In this document: one piece after another, positions 61,091 through 64,000 of the stretch | How positions within the stretch are numbered: the stretch's first letter is position 1 | Layout of the letters: each line of letters starts with the position of its first letter | Assembly (NCBI GenBank): GCA_964461055.1 | Contig: CAYWSG010000004.1 | Coordinates: forward strand, 32,792-96,791 | From: an uncultured Enterobacteriaceae bacterium | Lineage (GTDB): Bacteria; Pseudomonadota; Gammaproteobacteria; Burkholderiales; SG8-39 | Length of the DNA stretch: 64,000 bases | Reading direction: 5' to 3' | Notes under the pieces: model-generated | The model's database searches: none | Seen by the model: only the letters and a program-made list of their open reading frames with translations | Told to the model about the DNA's origin: nothing | Position numbers and translations under genes: made by a program

Positions 61091-61918
61091 TTATTTCACT
61101 CGCCGGTCGCGCACGATCATGGACTGCGTGCGCTTGTTGCGGCGGGTCTTGAAGCCCTTGGTCTGCAGTCCCCAGGGCGATACCGGGGGCTGCGCCGCCG
61201 CGGTGCGGCCCTCGCCGCCGCCGTGCGGGTGGTCGATGGGGTTCATCGCCACGCCGCGCACCGTCGGGCGCACGCCGCGCCAGCGCTTGCGGCCTGCCTT
61301 GCCGATGGACTCGAGGTTGTGCTCGTTGTTTCCGACCTCGCCGATGGTCGCGCGGCAGTCGACGTGCACCTTGCGGATCTCGCCGGAGCGCAGGCGAAGC
61401 TGTGCGTGCGAGCCCTCGCGGGCGAGGAGCTGCGCGCCCGCGCCCGCGGAGCGGGCGAGCTGCGCGCCCTTGCCCGGGAGCATCTCGATGCAGTGGATCG
61501 TCGTGCCCACGGGAATGTTGCGAAGGGGCAGCGCGTTGCCCGGCCTGATCGGCGCCTCGGACCCCGACAGGAGCTGGGTGCCGACCGGCACCCCCTTGGG
61601 CGCGATCACGTAGCGGCGCTCGCCGTCGGCGTAGAGCAGCAGCGCGAGGTGCGCGCTGCGGTTCGGGTCGTACTCGATGCGCTCGACGCGGGCCGGGATG
61701 CCGTCCTTGTTGCGGCGGAAGTCGACGATCCGGTAGTGCTGCTTGTGGCCGCCGCCCTTGTGCCGCATCGTGATGCGGCCGTGGTTGTTGCGGCCGTTGG
61801 CCTTCGACTGGCGCCGCAGGAGGGCCCAGTGCGGCTCTCCCTTGTGCAGCTCCGGGGTAACGACCTTGACCAGCGCCCTGCGGCCCGGCGAGGTCGGCTT
61901 GACTTTGACGAGTGGCAT
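61091..61918 (-). CDS. rplB: 50S ribosomal protein L2
   Basis: [14 protein letters not shown]...HPHGGGEG. Confidence 0.97.
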   Translation of the reverse strand: MPLVKVKPTSPGRRALVKVVTPELHKGEPHWALLRRQSKANGRNNHGRITMRHKGGGHKQHYRIVDFRRNKDGIPARVERIEYDPNRSAHLALLLYADGERRYVIAPKGVPVGTQLLSGSEAPIRPGNALPLRNIPVGTTIHCIEMLPGKGAQLARSAGAGAQLLAREGSHAQLRLRSGEIRKVHVDCRATIGEVGNNEHNLESIGKAGRKRWRGVRPTVRGVAMNPIDHPHGGGEGRTAAAQPPVSPWGLQTKGFKTRRNKRTQSMIVRDRRVK

Positions 61919-61928
61919 GGGCGTCTAC

Positions 61929-62243
61929 CTATTCCGTCGCGGCGAAGTTGATTTCCTGGCCTTCGGCGAGCCGCACGTAGGCTTTCTTCCAGTTGCGCTT
62001 GCGGCCCTCGATGCGGCCGAAGCGGCGCTTCTTGCCGTGGACGTTGGTCACGGTCACGGCGTCGACCTTGGTCTTGAACATGAGCTCGATCGCCGCCTTG
62101 ATCTCGGGCTTGGTGGCACGGTCGGAGACGCGAAACACGTACTGCCGGTTCCGGTCGGCCACGAACGTGCTCTTCTCCGAGACGACGGGAGCGAGCACCA
62201 CGTTCATCAGCTGCTCGGCGTTGTACCTCTTGGGCGCGCTCAT
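61929..62243 (-). CDS. rplW: 50S ribosomal protein L23
   Basis: ATG 62243. ...[12 protein letters not shown]. Confidence 0.94.
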   Translation of the reverse strand: MSAPKRYNAEQLMNVVLAPVVSEKSTFVADRNRQYVFRVSDRATKPEIKAAIELMFKTKVDAVTVTNVHGKKRRFGRIEGRKRNWKKAYVRLAEGQEINFAATE

Positions 62244-62857
62244 TTGAGCATCTCCTCCAGCCTGGCGACGGCGCCCCGCGTGAGGAGCACATTGGGAAAG
62301 TGCACGAGGGCGAGCGGGCTCGCGTTGCGCACGGACATCACCGCGACGTTGCGAAGATTGCGCGACGAGAGCATGAGGTTCTCGTCCACTTCCTCGGTGA
62401 TCACCAGCACCTGGTCGAAGCCCATGGACTTCACCTTCTGCGCGAGGAGCTTCGTCTTCGGCTGCTCGACGCTGAACTCGTCGACCACGCGGATGCGGTC
62501 CTCGCGGGCGAGCTGCGACAGGATGGACGCCATGCCGGCGCGGTACATCTTGCGGTTCACCTTCTGCGAGAAGTTCTCGTCGGGCGAGTTCGGGAAGATC
62601 TTGCCGCCGCCGCGCCACAGCGGGCTCGAGGTCATGCCGGCGCGGGCGCGGCCCGTGCCCTTCTGCCGCCAGGGCTTCTTCGTCGAATGCTTCACCGCGC
62701 CGCGATCCTTCTGGGCGCGCGAGCCGACGCGGGCGTTCGCCTGGTAGGCGACCACGATCTGGTGCACGAGCGCCTGGTTGAAGTCGCGGCCGAAGAGCTC
62801 GTCGGACGCGTTGAGGGTGCCTGCCGCGCCCTTGTCGTTGACCATTTTCAGTTCCAT
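62240..62857 (-). CDS. rplD: 50S ribosomal protein L4
   Basis: ATG 62857. ...[15 protein letters not shown]. Confidence 0.95.
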   Translation of the reverse strand: MELKMVNDKGAAGTLNASDELFGRDFNQALVHQIVVAYQANARVGSRAQKDRGAVKHSTKKPWRQKGTGRARAGMTSSPLWRGGGKIFPNSPDENFSQKVNRKMYRAGMASILSQLAREDRIRVVDEFSVEQPKTKLLAQKVKSMGFDQVLVITEEVDENLMLSSRNLRNVAVMSVRNASPLALVHFPNVLLTRGAVARLEEMLK

Positions 62858-62867
62858 GGCGCGCGCC

Positions 62868-63578
62868 TCACTTCTTCGCCGCGGCCTTGGCCGCCGGCTT
62901 GCCATCGGCCTTGGGCTTGGCGCCCGGCGAGCCCGCGCGGGCCGGCTTGATGGCCGGACGCACGATGACGTCGCCCCCGCTCGAGCCGGGCACGGCGCCC
63001 TTGACGAGCAGGAGCTGCCGCTCGGCGTCGACGCGCACGACCTCGAGGTTGAGCGTGGTGCGGCGCGCGTTGCCCAGATGCCCGGCCATGCGCTTGCCGG
63101 GAAAGACGCGGCCCGGATCCTGGTTCTGGCCGGTGGAGCCGGGGCGGTTGTGCGAGATGGAGTTGCCGTGCGTCGCCCGGTTCGAGCCGAAATGGTGGCG
63201 CTTGATGACCCCGGCGAAGCCTTTGCCGATCGTCACGCCCTGAACGTCGACCTTCTGCCCGACCTTGAAGATCTCCACGCCGATCTTGCCGCCGACCTTC
63301 AGCTCGGCGAGCTCCTCGGGCCCCGCGCGGAACTCGCGCAGCACGCGGCCCGCCTCCACGGCGGCCTTGGCGAGGTGCCCGGCTAGGGGCTTGCGCACGC
63401 GGCTCGGCCGCCGCTTGCCGAAGGCGACCTGCACGGCGCCATAGCCGTCGCTCTCGACGCTCTTGATCTGGGTGATGCGGTTGTCGGACACGTCAAGCAC
63501 CGTGACGGGGAGCGTCGCTCCGTCGTCCGTGAAGATGCGCGTCATGCCGACCTTGCGGCCGACCAGTCCTATCGTCAT
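62868..63578 (-). CDS. rplC: 50S ribosomal protein L3 (Lys/Ala/Pro-rich C-terminal tail)
   Basis: [20 protein letters not shown]. 236 aa. Confidence 0.96.
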   Translation of the reverse strand: MTIGLVGRKVGMTRIFTDDGATLPVTVLDVSDNRITQIKSVESDGYGAVQVAFGKRRPSRVRKPLAGHLAKAAVEAGRVLREFRAGPEELAELKVGGKIGVEIFKVGQKVDVQGVTIGKGFAGVIKRHHFGSNRATHGNSISHNRPGSTGQNQDPGRVFPGKRMAGHLGNARRTTLNLEVVRVDAERQLLLVKGAVPGSSGGDVIVRPAIKPARAGSPGAKPKADGKPAAKAAAKK

Positions 63579-63655
63579 ACCTTCCTCTTCTCATTTGTCC
63601 CCGCCTGCGCGGGGATGCCGGCTTCAATTGGCCAGCCCTTCACCTATTGCTTCGA

Positions 63656-63967
63656 CTACTGAACCTTGATCTCCACGTCCACGCCGGCCGGAAGATCCAG
63701 CTTCATCAGCGCGTCCACCGTCTTGTCGGTGGGATCGATGATGTCCATCAGCCGCATGTGCGTGCGGATCTCGAGCTGGTCGCGGGAGGCCTTGTCGATG
63801 TGCGGCGAGCGCAGCAGGTCGAAGCGCTGCTTGCGTGTCGGCAAGGGCACCGGCCCGCGAACCACGGCGCCGGTCCTTTTCGCCGTATCGACGATCTCGA
63901 GCGCCGACTGGTCGATCAGCCGGTAGTCGAACGCCTTGAGACGGATACGGATTTTCTGGCTTTGCAT
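63656..63967 (-). CDS. rpsJ: 30S ribosomal protein S10
   Basis: [34 protein letters not shown]. First gene of the S10 operon. Confidence 0.97.
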   Translation of the reverse strand: MQSQKIRIRLKAFDYRLIDQSALEIVDTAKRTGAVVRGPVPLPTRKQRFDLLRSPHIDKASRDQLEIRTHMRLMDIIDPTDKTVDALMKLDLPAGVDVEIKVQ

Positions 63968-64000
63968 GTCGGCTTCTGGCCTCGTTACGTTTCGCGCGCT

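Overview
This is a very GC-rich, gene-dense chromosomal window (about two-thirds G+C by eye, not computed). I see no rRNA, tRNA, CRISPR array, transposase, integrase or phage genes. About 80 genes fill nearly all of it, and many junctions are 1-20 nt start/stop overlaps (ATGA, GTGA, TTGA, TGATG).

Positions 1-49380 are accessory catabolism and transport:
- the tail of a Liv-type ABC transporter;
- a MarR gene with a Rieske oxygenase alpha/beta pair;
- an orphan cupin / ThDP enzyme / SDR / FAD / FAD operon;
- a VOC protein with a 3-hydroxybenzoate-6-hydroxylase-like monooxygenase;
- a small oxidoreductase cluster (FMN alpha-hydroxyacid dehydrogenase, DapA-like protein, two tandem SDRs);
- a cysteine-dioxygenase-like cupin with a four-domain rhodanese;
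- a tightly coupled aerobic aryl-CoA operon of the 2-aminobenzoyl-CoA / salicylyl-CoA type (MarR, enoyl-CoA hydratase, acyl-CoA dehydrogenase, aryl-CoA ligase, RidA, fused monooxygenase/OYE reductase);
- a histidine kinase and response regulator beside an IlvD/Edd dehydratase, divergent from a MacAB-NodT efflux pump;
- a LysR-controlled ~12 kb operon: TRAP transporter, two tandem IorA paralogues plus one IorB, gentisate 1,2-dioxygenase, hydrolase, transglutaminase-fold protein and a MOFRL enzyme.

Positions 49377-63967 (minus strand) hold a complete S10-spc-alpha ribosomal super-operon, rpsJ to rplQ. Its order, with infA between secY and rpmJ, and its sequences look betaproteobacterial; that is an inference.

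There is no recognisable defence or mobile system. The most unusual items are:
- the iorA-iorA-iorB module, which carries a 231-bp perfectly identical tract between otherwise diverged paralogues;
- an oxygen-labile-type oxidoreductase sitting in the same gene run as an oxygen-dependent dioxygenase;
- two genes whose conserved N-termini can only be reached from a CTG codon;
- Lys/Ala/Pro-rich extensions on at least eight ribosomal proteins.

All functions are assigned from motifs read by eye. No database search was run.
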